NCBI GenBank assembly: GCA_900545825.1
Contig: URAS01000002.1
Span: 91,953 to 155,952 of the forward strand
Direction of reading: 5' to 3'
Source: an uncultured Actinomyces sp.
GTDB lineage: Bacteria > Actinomycetota > Actinomycetes > Actinomycetales > Actinomycetaceae
Length of the DNA: 64,000 nt
Shown: piece by piece, positions 55,856 through 64,000 of the stretch
Numbering within the stretch: position 1 is the stretch's first letter
How the letters are laid out: each line of letters starts with the position of its first letter
Program-made: the position numbers and the translations under genes
Notes under the pieces: generated by a model
What the model was told of the DNA's origin: nothing
Database searches by the model: none
What the model saw: only the letters and a program-made list of their open reading frames with translations

Positions 55856-57526
55856 CTACGAGAGGCCGATGACCTCGCCGTTGACCAAGTCCATGTCGAG
55901 GGCGCGCGGGTGCTTGGGCAGGCCCGGCATCGTGAGGATCTTGCCGGTCAGGCAGACGATGAAGCCGGCACCGAGGCTGGGGCGCAGCTCGCGGACGGTG
56001 ATCGTGAAGCCCTCGGGGGCGCCCATGACCTTGGGGTCGTCGGTGAACGACGCCGGCGTCTTGGCCACGCACACGGGCAGGCGGTCGTAGCCCAGCTCCT
56101 CCAGACGGGCCAGCTGCGCCTGCGCCTCGTCGGTGAGGACGACACCGTCGGCGCCGTAGCAGCGGCGGGCGACGGCGTTGAGCTTGTCGAGCAGCGAGTC
56201 CTCGTCGGCGTAGCAGCGATTCGGCACCACCGGGTCGCCCTCGGTGGCGGCGGCGATGACGGCGTCGGCAAGAGCGGCCCCACCCTCGCTGCCCTTGGCG
56301 AAAACCTCGCAGGGCGCGGCCGTCACGCCGGCCTCGCGGCAGAAGTCGCTGATCACAGCCAGTTCGGCGTCGGTGTCGGTGGCGAAGCGGTTGACCGCGA
56401 CGACGCAGCGCATCCCGAACGCCTGGAGGCTTTCCAGGTGCCGCGCGAGGTTCGCGGCGCCGCGGCGGACGGCCTCGACGTCCTCGGTGCCGAGGTCGGC
56501 CTCGGCGACACCGCCGTGCATCTTGAGGGCGCGCACCGTCGCGACGACGACCGTGCACGAGGGACGCAGGCCACCGAAGGCCGAGACGATGTCGAGGAAC
56601 TTTTCGGCGCCCAGGTCGGCACCGAAGCCGGCCTCGGTGACGACGAAATCTGCGAGCTTCAGCGCCGTCTTGGTCGCGATCAGCGAGGACGCGCCGTGGG
56701 CGATGTTGGCGAAGGGGCCACCGTGGACGAACGCCGGGGTGTGCTCGAGGGTCTGGACGAGGTTCGGCTTGACCGCATCCTTGAGGATCATCGCGAGAGC
56801 GCCCTCAATACCGAGGTCGTGGACGGTCAGCGGCTGGCCCGAACGGGTGTAGCCGACGAGGACGCGGCCCAGGCGCGCCTTGAGGTCGTCGGCGTCGGAC
56901 GCCAGGCAGAGGATCGCCATGATTTCGCTGGCCACGGTGATGTCAAAGCCGTCCTCGCGGATGTCGCGGTCCTTGCGGACGCCGCGGCCGACGGTCAGCT
57001 GGCGCAGCGCGCGGTCGTTGACGTCGATGCAGCGGCGGACGGCGACGGTGTCGGGGTCGAGGTCCCACTCGTTACCCCAGTACAGCGTGTTGTCGATGCA
57101 CGCACACATGAGGTTGTTCGCCGCGGTGATCGCGTGCATGTCGCCGGTGAAGTGGAGGTTGATGTCGTCCATCGGGACAACCTGGGCGTAGCCGCCGCCG
57201 GCCGCGCCGCCCTTGCGGCCGAAGACCGGGCCCATCGAGGGCTCGCGCAGGCACGCGACCGCGCGCTTACCGGCCGCGGCGAGCGAGTCGGCGAGGCCGA
57301 CCGTCACCGTCGACTTGCCTTCGCCGGCGCTGGTCGGCGAAATGGCCGTGACCAGGACCAATCGGCCGTCCTCCTGGTCGGCGACGCGACCCATGAGGGC
57401 GGTGGAGACCTTGGCTTTCGTCGTGCCGTAGAGTTCGAGGTCGCCCTCGTCGATCCCCAGCTTCTGCCCGATGGCGCGGATGTCGTCCAGTTCGGCCGCA
57501 CGCGCGATCTCAATGTCCGTGAGCAT
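55856..57526 (-). CDS. fhs: Formate--tetrahydrofolate ligase
   Basis: 556 aa. MLTDIEIARAAELDDIRAIGQKLGI...PTSAGEGKSTVTVGL (P-loop). Confidence 0.93.
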   Translation of the reverse strand: MLTDIEIARAAELDDIRAIGQKLGIDEGDLELYGTTKAKVSTALMGRVADQEDGRLVLVTAISPTSAGEGKSTVTVGLADSLAAAGKRAVACLREPSMGPVFGRKGGAAGGGYAQVVPMDDINLHFTGDMHAITAANNLMCACIDNTLYWGNEWDLDPDTVAVRRCIDVNDRALRQLTVGRGVRKDRDIREDGFDITVASEIMAILCLASDADDLKARLGRVLVGYTRSGQPLTVHDLGIEGALAMILKDAVKPNLVQTLEHTPAFVHGGPFANIAHGASSLIATKTALKLADFVVTEAGFGADLGAEKFLDIVSAFGGLRPSCTVVVATVRALKMHGGVAEADLGTEDVEAVRRGAANLARHLESLQAFGMRCVVAVNRFATDTDAELAVISDFCREAGVTAAPCEVFAKGSEGGAALADAVIAAATEGDPVVPNRCYADEDSLLDKLNAVARRCYGADGVVLTDEAQAQLARLEELGYDRLPVCVAKTPASFTDDPKVMGAPEGFTITVRELRPSLGAGFIVCLTGKILTMPGLPKHPRALDMDLVNGEVIGLS

Positions 57527-57597
57527 CTATTCCCCTTTGTCGTGTCACCTGGCCGGTTTCAGGTTACCGCCGCGGGCACGGGACCGACGAAAACCCC

Positions 57598-57665
57598 GGC
57601 GCGGATGGGGAGGTTACCCAGCAGGTTTCGGGGTCGTCTGCACAGGTGACCTCCCCATTCGCGCC
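57598..57665. repeat. Copy D2 of the GGCGCGGATGGGGAGG / CCTCCCCATTCGCGCC hairpin repeat, sitting in the fhs 5' leader ~70 nt upstream of the ATG
   Basis: See D1. Confidence 0.5.
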
Positions 57666-57721
57666 CACCGCAACCCCAGACAAAGCCTCGCCGCAAGCAA
57701 CCCCACGCGCCCTCCCCGGGG

Positions 57722-58522
57722 CTAATTCAGCACGGACAGCGCGGCCTGGTCGGTGCATTTCGCCAGTCGGCGCCGCAGCGCGTCCTCGGGCAGCTCGCCG
57801 ACCGCGGCGACGACGACGAGGTTCCCGGCTTTCCCACCGCCCTCGCCGCGCAGGACCCGCCCCGGCCCGACGAGGGCGACGGAGTCGAAGTGCCGCTTGG
57901 CGACGTCAACCTCGGCGCGGGACGGCCCCAAACCGGCCGCGCAGTTGGCGACGACGAGGCCGGTCGCCGGGTCGACGGCCCGGCGAGCCAGACTCCAGAA
58001 TCCTTCGCCGAGCAACGCCCCGGGCACCGCGCCGGCGGCGAATGCGTCGCGGACGACGACGCGGCAGGCGCCCTCGCGTGCACCGGCCAGCGCCTCGGCG
58101 CCGTCTTGGACGCGCAGCGACAGTGCGGGTTTGCGGGGCAGGGCGAACCAGCGCCGGGCCGCGGCCACCATGTCGGGGTCGATTTCCGCTGTCACCTGCC
58201 GCGATCCGCGGTACCGGGCCGCCCACGCCCGAGGCAGCGCGCAGCCGGCGCCGCCCAGGTGGAGGGCGACGTCGCCCTCGGCCAGTCCTCCGGCGGCCGC
58301 AACGACCGCGTCCATCCACTGCATGTATCCGAACGTCAGGTGCGTCGGGTCGGAAAGGTCGAGGGCGGACGACGGCCGCTGGTCGATGAGGACCGTGGCG
58401 ATCGTCCCGTCGACGCGCACCTCGATGCGGCCGCACGCGGCGTCGATCGGGGCATAGTCGCCGGTTGCGTCGCGGCGGCGGGCGCGTCCCACGGGCAGCT
58501 CCTCGCGTATGGTTGGTCTCAT
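57722..58522 (-). CDS. Spermidine-synthase-like protein (polyamine aminopropyltransferase / SAM-methyltransferase fold)
   Basis: 266 aa from an internal ATG. VALHLGGAGCALPRAW...VTAEIDPDMV resembles the spermidine synthase core. The start is uncertain. Confidence 0.5.
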   Translation of the reverse strand: MRPTIREELPVGRARRRDATGDYAPIDAACGRIEVRVDGTIATVLIDQRPSSALDLSDPTHLTFGYMQWMDAVVAAAGGLAEGDVALHLGGAGCALPRAWAARYRGSRQVTAEIDPDMVAAARRWFALPRKPALSLRVQDGAEALAGAREGACRVVVRDAFAAGAVPGALLGEGFWSLARRAVDPATGLVVANCAAGLGPSRAEVDVAKRHFDSVALVGPGRVLRGEGGGKAGNLVVVAAVGELPEDALRRRLAKCTDQAALSVLN

Positions 58523-60257
58523 GACTACAGCCCATCCTACGGAGCCCACCGCGCTCGACCAGCGCGCCGACCGTTTCCACGACGACATGCTCGCCCTCTC
58601 GCCGATCGGCCAGACCTTCGCGGGCCTCCACGACAACGACGCGACCTGGGACGATATGTCGCCCGCCGGCTACGACGCCGCGACGGACGCGATCCGCCAG
58701 ATGCTTGCCGACGTCGACGCCCTCGAGCAGCAGGAAGGCGGCTTTACCGGCAACGACGCCGTCACCGCGGCCGCGCTGCGTGAGCGGCTGGGCCTGGAGC
58801 TGCAGCTGGACGAGCGCAACGAGTACCTCGGTGACCTCAACAACATCGCCTCGCCGTTCCAGTCGCTGCGCGACGTGTTTGGCCTGATGCCGACCGATTC
58901 GCCCCAGGCGCGCGACAACATCCGCGCCCGCATCGCCGCGATGCCGACCGCGCTGGCGGGGATCCGCGAGAGCCTCGACGCCGCCCGGTCGCGCGGACGC
59001 GTCGCCGCCGCCCGCCAGGTCGAGCTCGTGGCCCAGCAGGCCGACGACTTCGCGAAGGCCGGCGGCTACCTCGACGACCTCGCGACGCCCGAAAAGGGCG
59101 AGGACGAGGGCGCCTGGGCCGCTGCCGCCACCGACGCCAAGGCGGCGTTGGCCGAGTTTTCGGCGTGGCTGCGCAAGGATCTGGCGCCGGACGCGCCCGA
59201 GGCCGACGGCGTGGGCCGCGAGCGCTACGAGCTGTTCTCGCAGCAGTTCGTCGGCGCGAAGGTCGACCTCGCCGACGCGTATTCGTGGGCGTTGGAGCAG
59301 CTGGGCGACCTCATCGTCGAGCAGCAACGCCTGGCCGAGCAGCTGTACGGCGCGGGGACCACCGTGCCCGAGGCGCTGGAGAAGCTCAACGCCGATCCCG
59401 CGCGGCAACTGATCGGCACCGACGCGCTGCGCGAGTGGATGCAAGGCTGGGCCAACCGGGCGTTGAGCGAGGTCGGGCGCGATTTGATCGACATCGACCC
59501 GCGCGTGGCGACCATCGACTGCGTCATCGACCCGGCGGGCACCGGCGGCATCTACTACCTGCCGCCGGCCGAGGACTTCTCGCGGCCGGGCCGCATGTGC
59601 TGGGCCGTCCCCGAGGGCGAGGACACGTTCCACACGTGGCAGGAGCTGACGACCGTCTTCCACGAGGGCGTCCCAGGCCACCACCTGCAGATCGGCGCGG
59701 CGATGTGCGCGGGGCTCAACAAGTGGCGCGCACAGGACTGCTGGCTGAGTGGGCACGGCGAGGGCTGGGCGCTGTACGCCGAGTCGCTGATGACCGAGCT
59801 GGGGTATGAGTCCGAGCCGGGCGAGCGGATCGGCTACCTCGACTCGCAGCGGTTGCGGCTGGCACGCGTCGTCCTCGATATCGGCGTCCACCTGGGCCTG
59901 CCCGTCCCGCCCGAGGGCCCGTGGAGCGCGGGCCTGCGCACGTCGGGCACGTGGGATGCCCAGTTCGCGTGGGATTTCTTGAAGGCGAACGTCGCGATGG
60001 CCGACGGGTTCTTGCGGTTCGAGTGCGACCGGTACCTCGGCTGGCCGGGGCAGGCGCCCTCGTATGCGCTGGGCCAGCGGTTCTGGCGGCAGCTGCGCGG
60101 CGACTACCTGCAGGCGGCGGGCGCCCCGCGCGACCTGCCGGTCCGCCGCGCCGACGGGACGATCGACCCGCTGCAGCGCGAATTCCACACCCGCGCCCTC
60201 GCCCTCGGGTCGTTGCCGCTGGACGTGCTGCGGGAGGCGCTGCTGCCCCGCCCGTGA
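58521..60257 (+). CDS. DUF885-family protein (HExxPGHH motif, putative metallopeptidase-like)
   Basis: ~578 aa with HEGVPGHHLQ. Start at the ATG at 58521 (MTTAHP); an alternative ATG lies at 58509. Confidence 0.55.
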   Translation: MTTAHPTEPTALDQRADRFHDDMLALSPIGQTFAGLHDNDATWDDMSPAGYDAATDAIRQMLADVDALEQQEGGFTGNDAVTAAALRERLGLELQLDERNEYLGDLNNIASPFQSLRDVFGLMPTDSPQARDNIRARIAAMPTALAGIRESLDAARSRGRVAAARQVELVAQQADDFAKAGGYLDDLATPEKGEDEGAWAAAATDAKAALAEFSAWLRKDLAPDAPEADGVGRERYELFSQQFVGAKVDLADAYSWALEQLGDLIVEQQRLAEQLYGAGTTVPEALEKLNADPARQLIGTDALREWMQGWANRALSEVGRDLIDIDPRVATIDCVIDPAGTGGIYYLPPAEDFSRPGRMCWAVPEGEDTFHTWQELTTVFHEGVPGHHLQIGAAMCAGLNKWRAQDCWLSGHGEGWALYAESLMTELGYESEPGERIGYLDSQRLRLARVVLDIGVHLGLPVPPEGPWSAGLRTSGTWDAQFAWDFLKANVAMADGFLRFECDRYLGWPGQAPSYALGQRFWRQLRGDYLQAAGAPRDLPVRRADGTIDPLQREFHTRALALGSLPLDVLREALLPRP

Positions 60258-60336
60258 ACGTGATCCTTTCGTCCGTTTTCATCACGCCCATGGGCCTCAA
60301 GCGGTGAACGTGACCTTTTTGATCACGTTCACCGCG
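60252..60336. repeat. IR-L: an ~85-bp low-GC block with two palindromes (CGTGATC...N16...ATCACG and GCGGTGAACGTGACC-TTTTT-GATCACGTTCACCGC) in the promoter of hydratase-2. It is the inverted copy of 62930-63013
   Basis: The reverse complement of 62977-63013 is CCGTGAACGTGACCCTTTCGTCCGCTTTCATCACGTT versus 60252-60288 CCGTGAACGTGATCCTTTCGTCCGTTTTCATCACGCC. Confidence 0.6.
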
Positions 60337-60409
60337 AGGGCGCCGGAGCGCGCGACGCGGCCGGAATTCCCGCGTAAGGTGGGGAGGCATCACGACGCAA
60401 GGAGGCGCC

Positions 60410-61195
60410 ATGCTCACCGACGACCAGATTTCCGCTGCCGCAGCCGACCTCGCCGAGGCCGCCGACACGCACCAGCTTGCTACGCCGCTGACCAGGCGGT
60501 TTACCGACATGACCATCCCGGACGCCTATGCGATTCAGCGCGCCCGGGTCAAGGAGCGCGAGGCCGCCGGCGAGCGCGTCGCCGGGCACAAGGTCGGCGT
60601 GACGTCGCGGCCCCTCCAGCGGTCGCTGGGCCTCGAGGCGCCGATTTTCGGCACGATCTTCGCCGATGACGTCCGCGATTCGGGGGCGTCGTTCGATTGG
60701 TCGCTGTTGCACGGCCCGCGCCTGGAGGTCGAGTTGGCGTTCATGATCGCCGAAGACCTGGTCGGCCCCAGCATCAGCCCCGCCGCCGCCCTTGCAGCGA
60801 CCGAGTACGTGCGCGCCGCCCTCGAGGTCGTCGACACGCGTGTGAGCCCCGACGGGTCGACGATGGTCGACGCCGTCGCCGACAACTCGAGCCTGGGCGC
60901 GATCGTCCTCGGCGAGGAAGAGGTGCGGCCCGACCTCCTCAACCTGCGCTGGTCAGGGGCGATGCTCTACCGCAACGACGAGCTGGTCGGCACCGGCCTG
61001 TCCGCGGGCGCCCTCGGGAACCCCGCGAACTCGCTCGCCTGGCTGGCGAACACGCTGCCGACCTACGGCGACCACCTGCGCGCCGGCGAGGTCGTCATGA
61101 CCGGGGCGTTCATCGCTCCCCTGCCGGTCGAGCAGGGTGACCACATTCGCGTCAACTACGGCCACCTCGGCGAGGTCACCTGCGCCTTCGCGTAA
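60410..61195 (+). CDS. 2-keto-4-pentenoate / 2-oxo-hept-4-ene-1,7-dioate hydratase, paralog 2
   Basis: 261 aa (RBS AAGGAGG), ~45% identical to the hydratase at 45562. PRLEVELAFMIAED; GEVVMTGAFIAP. Confidence 0.8.
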   Translation: MLTDDQISAAAADLAEAADTHQLATPLTRRFTDMTIPDAYAIQRARVKEREAAGERVAGHKVGVTSRPLQRSLGLEAPIFGTIFADDVRDSGASFDWSLLHGPRLEVELAFMIAEDLVGPSISPAAALAATEYVRAALEVVDTRVSPDGSTMVDAVADNSSLGAIVLGEEEVRPDLLNLRWSGAMLYRNDELVGTGLSAGALGNPANSLAWLANTLPTYGDHLRAGEVVMTGAFIAPLPVEQGDHIRVNYGHLGEVTCAFA

Positions 61196-61348
61196 CGCGT
61201 CGGGAGCGCGCGCGTCGTCCTCGAACATGAGCCCCAAATGTGAGTTTTTTCGGTGCGTAGCCGCCGGTTACGCACCGAAAAAACGCACAGAAAGGCGTAA
61301 GAGCGCAAGGGGATTACCCCCGAAACGTCACCTGCGCGGACTGCGCCC

Positions 61349-62812
61349 CTACCGCGGGATGCCGACGTACACGGTCTCGAGGAACTCGTCGATGCCAGTG
61401 TGGCCGCCCTCGCGTCCCAGGCCCGACGCCTTAACGCCGCCGAAGGGCGCAGCGGCATTCGACACGGTCTGCGAATTCAGCCCGATCATGCCGACCTCCA
61501 GGCGGTCGACCAGCCGGAAAATCCGCGCGGCATCGTTCGTGTAGACGTACCCGGCGAGGCCGTACGGCGTGTCGTTGGCCCACTCGAGCACCTGATCCTC
61601 GTCGTCGAACGCGAGGACGGGCGCGACCGGGCCGAAGACCTCCTCGTGCATGAGCGGGTCGTCGGGCCCGGACACGCGGATAACCGTGGGCTCGAAGAAG
61701 AAGCCGTCCCGGTCGATCCGGTGCCCGCCCGTGACGACCTCGCTGCCCGCGGCGACCGAACGGTCCACCAAATCAGCGACCGAATTGAGCTGCTTCTCGG
61801 AGATGATCGGGCCGACGTCGACGCCGTCCTCGAGGCCGTCGCCGACGGTCTGCGCCGCCATCTTGTCGGCGAAACGGCGCGTGAATTCGTCGACCAGCGA
61901 GCTGTGGATGAAGAAGCGGTCGGCGGCGTTGCAGGCCTCGCCCATGTTGCGCATCTTCGTCGCCATCGCCGCGTCGACGGCGAGGTCGAGGTCGGCGTCG
62001 GCAAACACGATGAACGGCGCCAGGCCGCCCAGCTCCATCGACGTGCGCAAGACGTTGTCGGCCGCCTGCTTGAGCAGCGCGCTGCCGACCCCCGTCGACC
62101 CGGTAAACGACACCTTGCGCAGGCGCGGATCCGCCATCAACGGCCCCGTGACCTGCCTGGTCGACGCCGTGGGGACGACGTTGACGACGCCCGCAGGCAC
62201 GCCGACCTGCCGAAGGACGTCAATGAACAGCAGCGACGTCAGCGGCGTGTCGTGCGACGGCTTGAGGACGCACGTGCACCCGGCCGCGAGCGCCGGCGCG
62301 ATCTTGCGGGTCGACATGGCCAGCGGGAAGTTCCACGGCGTGATGAACAGGCACGGGCCGACCGGGCGCTGATGGGTGATGACGTGGATGGCGCCCTCGG
62401 GCGTGGGGTAGGCGTCGCCGGAAATATGGGCGGCGACCTCGCTAAACCAGCGGAGGAACTCGGCGCCATAGACGACCTCGCCGCGCGCCTGGTCCAGCGG
62501 CTTTCCCATTTCCAGGGTCATAAGGGCGGCGAAGTCGTCGGTCAGTTCGATGACGCGGTCGTAGGCGGCGGCCAGCAGGCTGGCGCGGGTGCGGGAGGGC
62601 GTTTCGGCCCACGCGCGCTGGGCGGCGCAGGCGGCGTCGAGGGCGGCCGCACCGTCGGCCTCGGTGCCGTCGGCGACCTGGGCGAGGACCTGCCCGGTTG
62701 CCGGATTGAGGACGTCAAAGGTTGCACCACCTGCGGCGTCGCGCCATTCTCCATTGACGAACACCTGGGTGGGGATACGGCTGATGAGGGCGTCGACGTC
62801 TACTGTGGCCAC
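61349..62812 (-). CDS. Succinate-semialdehyde dehydrogenase (GabD-like), paralog 2
   Basis: 487 aa from the GTG at 62812 (RBS AAGGAG plus a 7-nt spacer), ~65% identical to the SSADH at 47224. MELGGLAP; MGEACNAADRF. Confidence 0.8.
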   Translation of the reverse strand: MATVDVDALISRIPTQVFVNGEWRDAAGGATFDVLNPATGQVLAQVADGTEADGAAALDAACAAQRAWAETPSRTRASLLAAAYDRVIELTDDFAALMTLEMGKPLDQARGEVVYGAEFLRWFSEVAAHISGDAYPTPEGAIHVITHQRPVGPCLFITPWNFPLAMSTRKIAPALAAGCTCVLKPSHDTPLTSLLFIDVLRQVGVPAGVVNVVPTASTRQVTGPLMADPRLRKVSFTGSTGVGSALLKQAADNVLRTSMELGGLAPFIVFADADLDLAVDAAMATKMRNMGEACNAADRFFIHSSLVDEFTRRFADKMAAQTVGDGLEDGVDVGPIISEKQLNSVADLVDRSVAAGSEVVTGGHRIDRDGFFFEPTVIRVSGPDDPLMHEEVFGPVAPVLAFDDEDQVLEWANDTPYGLAGYVYTNDAARIFRLVDRLEVGMIGLNSQTVSNAAAPFGGVKASGLGREGGHTGIDEFLETVYVGIPR

Positions 62813-62929
62813 GGTTTCGCTCCTTCGCGATCGGTCGGCCCCCGCACACGCGCCAGGGCCGGCGGAATTGTCCGTTTTTCTCAGCCTAACGCCGGGGCCC
62901 AACTTCGGCACCCGCAGGCGCTACCCCCA

Positions 62930-63013
62930 CAGTGAACGTGACGTGAAAAGGTCACGTTCACGGATTGACGCGCGTTAACGTGATGAAAGCGGACGAAAGG
63001 GTCACGTTCACGG
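62930..63013. repeat. IR-R: the inverted copy of IR-L (GTGAACGTGAC-GTGAAAAG-GTCACGTTCAC and CGTGAT...GTCACGTTCACGG). It sits in the promoter of SSADH-2 and overlaps the glycerate kinase stop codon
   Basis: See IR-L. Confidence 0.6.
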
Positions 63014-64000
63014 GGCCAGGCCGAGCGTCGCCAGCCGCATGATCGTCGCGGCGGTGCGGGTGAGGTTCTCGGCGCCGTCGGCGAGGGCGTCCTCCAGGGT
63101 GACGACGCCGGGGACGATGGGGACGAGCGCGGTCGCACCGCGGCCCAGGAGGGCGTCGGCGCCGGGCCTCACCGACCCGCCGACGAGGACGCAGGGGACG
63201 CCGGCCTCGCGGGCCAGCTCGGCGACACCCGCCGGCGTCTTACCGTCGAGCGTCTGGCGGTCTAATGCGCCCTCACCTGCGATAACAAGGTCGGCGTCGG
63301 CGAGAATTTCGCGCAGCCCCACGGCGTCGGCGACGATCTGGACGCCCGGCCGCAGCGTCGCGCCGAGGGCGAGTAGCGCCCACCCCAGCCCGCCGGCCGC
63401 CCCGGCCCCGGGCGCGTCGGCCAGGCCCGCCGCCCGCGGCAGCGCTGCGGCGACGGCCCGCTCGACGCGCCGGGCGCCCTCGTCGAGAAACCGCACGTCA
63501 TCGCCGGTTGCGCCCTTCTGCGGGCCGAACACGGCCGCGGCGCCCTGGTCGCCCAGCAGCGGATTCGTCACGTCGGACGCGCCGGTCAGCGTGACCGACC
63601 CCAGCCGCGGATCCAGGCCGGACGTGTCGACGCGCGCGAGGCCAGCCAGCCTGGCCGGCGTCGGCTCGAGCCGCGCGCCCGCGCCATCGAGGAACCGCAC
63701 GCCGAGCGCCTCGAGCATCCCCGCGCCGGCGTCCGACGTCGCCGACCCGCCAAGCCCCACGAGGACGTCGCGCGCCCCCGCATCCAACGCGGCCCGAATC
63801 AGCTGCCCGACACCCTGCGACGACGCGGCGCGAATGTCGCGCTTGCCCGGGTCGATCACCCCCAGGCCGACCGCCGCGGCGACCTCGACGATCGCCCGCT
63901 CGCCCGCGATCGCGAACTCCGCGGTGACCGGCCGCCCGAGGGCGTCGACGACCTCCACGCTTCGCAGCCTGGCGCCGAGGCTGGCGGCAACCGCCCTCGT
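63008..64000 (-). CDS. Glycerate kinase (GarK/GlxK family), C-terminal ~330 aa; the N-terminus lies beyond the window end
   Basis: ...GLGGSATSDAGAGMLEALG...LVIAGEGALDRQTLDGKTPAGVA... Confidence 0.8.
   Translation of the reverse strand, partial: TRAVAASLGARLRSVEVVDALGRPVTAEFAIAGERAIVEVAAAVGLGVIDPGKRDIRAASSQGVGQLIRAALDAGARDVLVGLGGSATSDAGAGMLEALGVRFLDGAGARLEPTPARLAGLARVDTSGLDPRLGSVTLTGASDVTNPLLGDQGAAAVFGPQKGATGDDVRFLDEGARRVERAVAAALPRAAGLADAPGAGAAGGLGWALLALGATLRPGVQIVADAVGLREILADADLVIAGEGALDRQTLDGKTPAGVAELAREAGVPCVLVGGSVRPGADALLGRGATALVPIVPGVVTLEDALADGAENLTRTAATIMRLATLGLAP

Noticed and set aside
55646-57665. D1/D2 hairpins as a CRISPR array or as a riboswitch
   Set aside because: There are only two copies, 1.9 kb apart, with no regular spacing or cas genes. 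A riboswitch identity could not be confirmed by eye, and the second copy is not in a 5' leader.

Overview
High-GC (~70%) actinobacterial chromosome segment carrying the core translation-machinery cluster, almost all on the minus strand. In transcription order it reads rpsL-rpsG-fusA-tuf, then two tandem ALDH-fold genes, then the S10 operon (rpsJ to rpsQ), then a complete kdp(F)ABC-kdpDE potassium-transport operon sitting between rpsQ and rplN. After that come the spc operon (rplN to rplO), secY-adk-map-infA, the alpha operon (rpsM-rpsK-rpoA-rplQ), truA, rplM-rpsI, glmM, tsaD, groES (with a CIRCE operator and no groEL), whiB, and guaB. rpsD, rpmJ and rpsN are absent from their canonical operon positions. 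The 3' third of the window (43.5-64 kb) is an accessory aromatic-catabolism island. It encodes a homoprotocatechuate meta-cleavage (hpa-like) cluster: a phenol-hydroxylase-family monooxygenase, hpaD, hpaE, hydratase, aldolase, succinate-semialdehyde dehydrogenase, a FAH-RraA fusion protein, a GntR regulator and an MFS permease. It also carries fhs, a second hydratase plus SSADH module bounded by ~85-bp inverted repeats, and three small repeat families. The least explained items are the two tandem ALDH-superfamily paralogs between tuf and rpsJ, which lack the catalytic Cys and Glu (one is interrupted by an in-frame TAG), the FAH-RraA fusion, the inverted-repeat-flanked module, and two recurrent operator-like palindromes (ATCGTATACGAT and GTGAACGTGAC). 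All coordinates come from the ORF track plus manual start selection, and no database search was possible.
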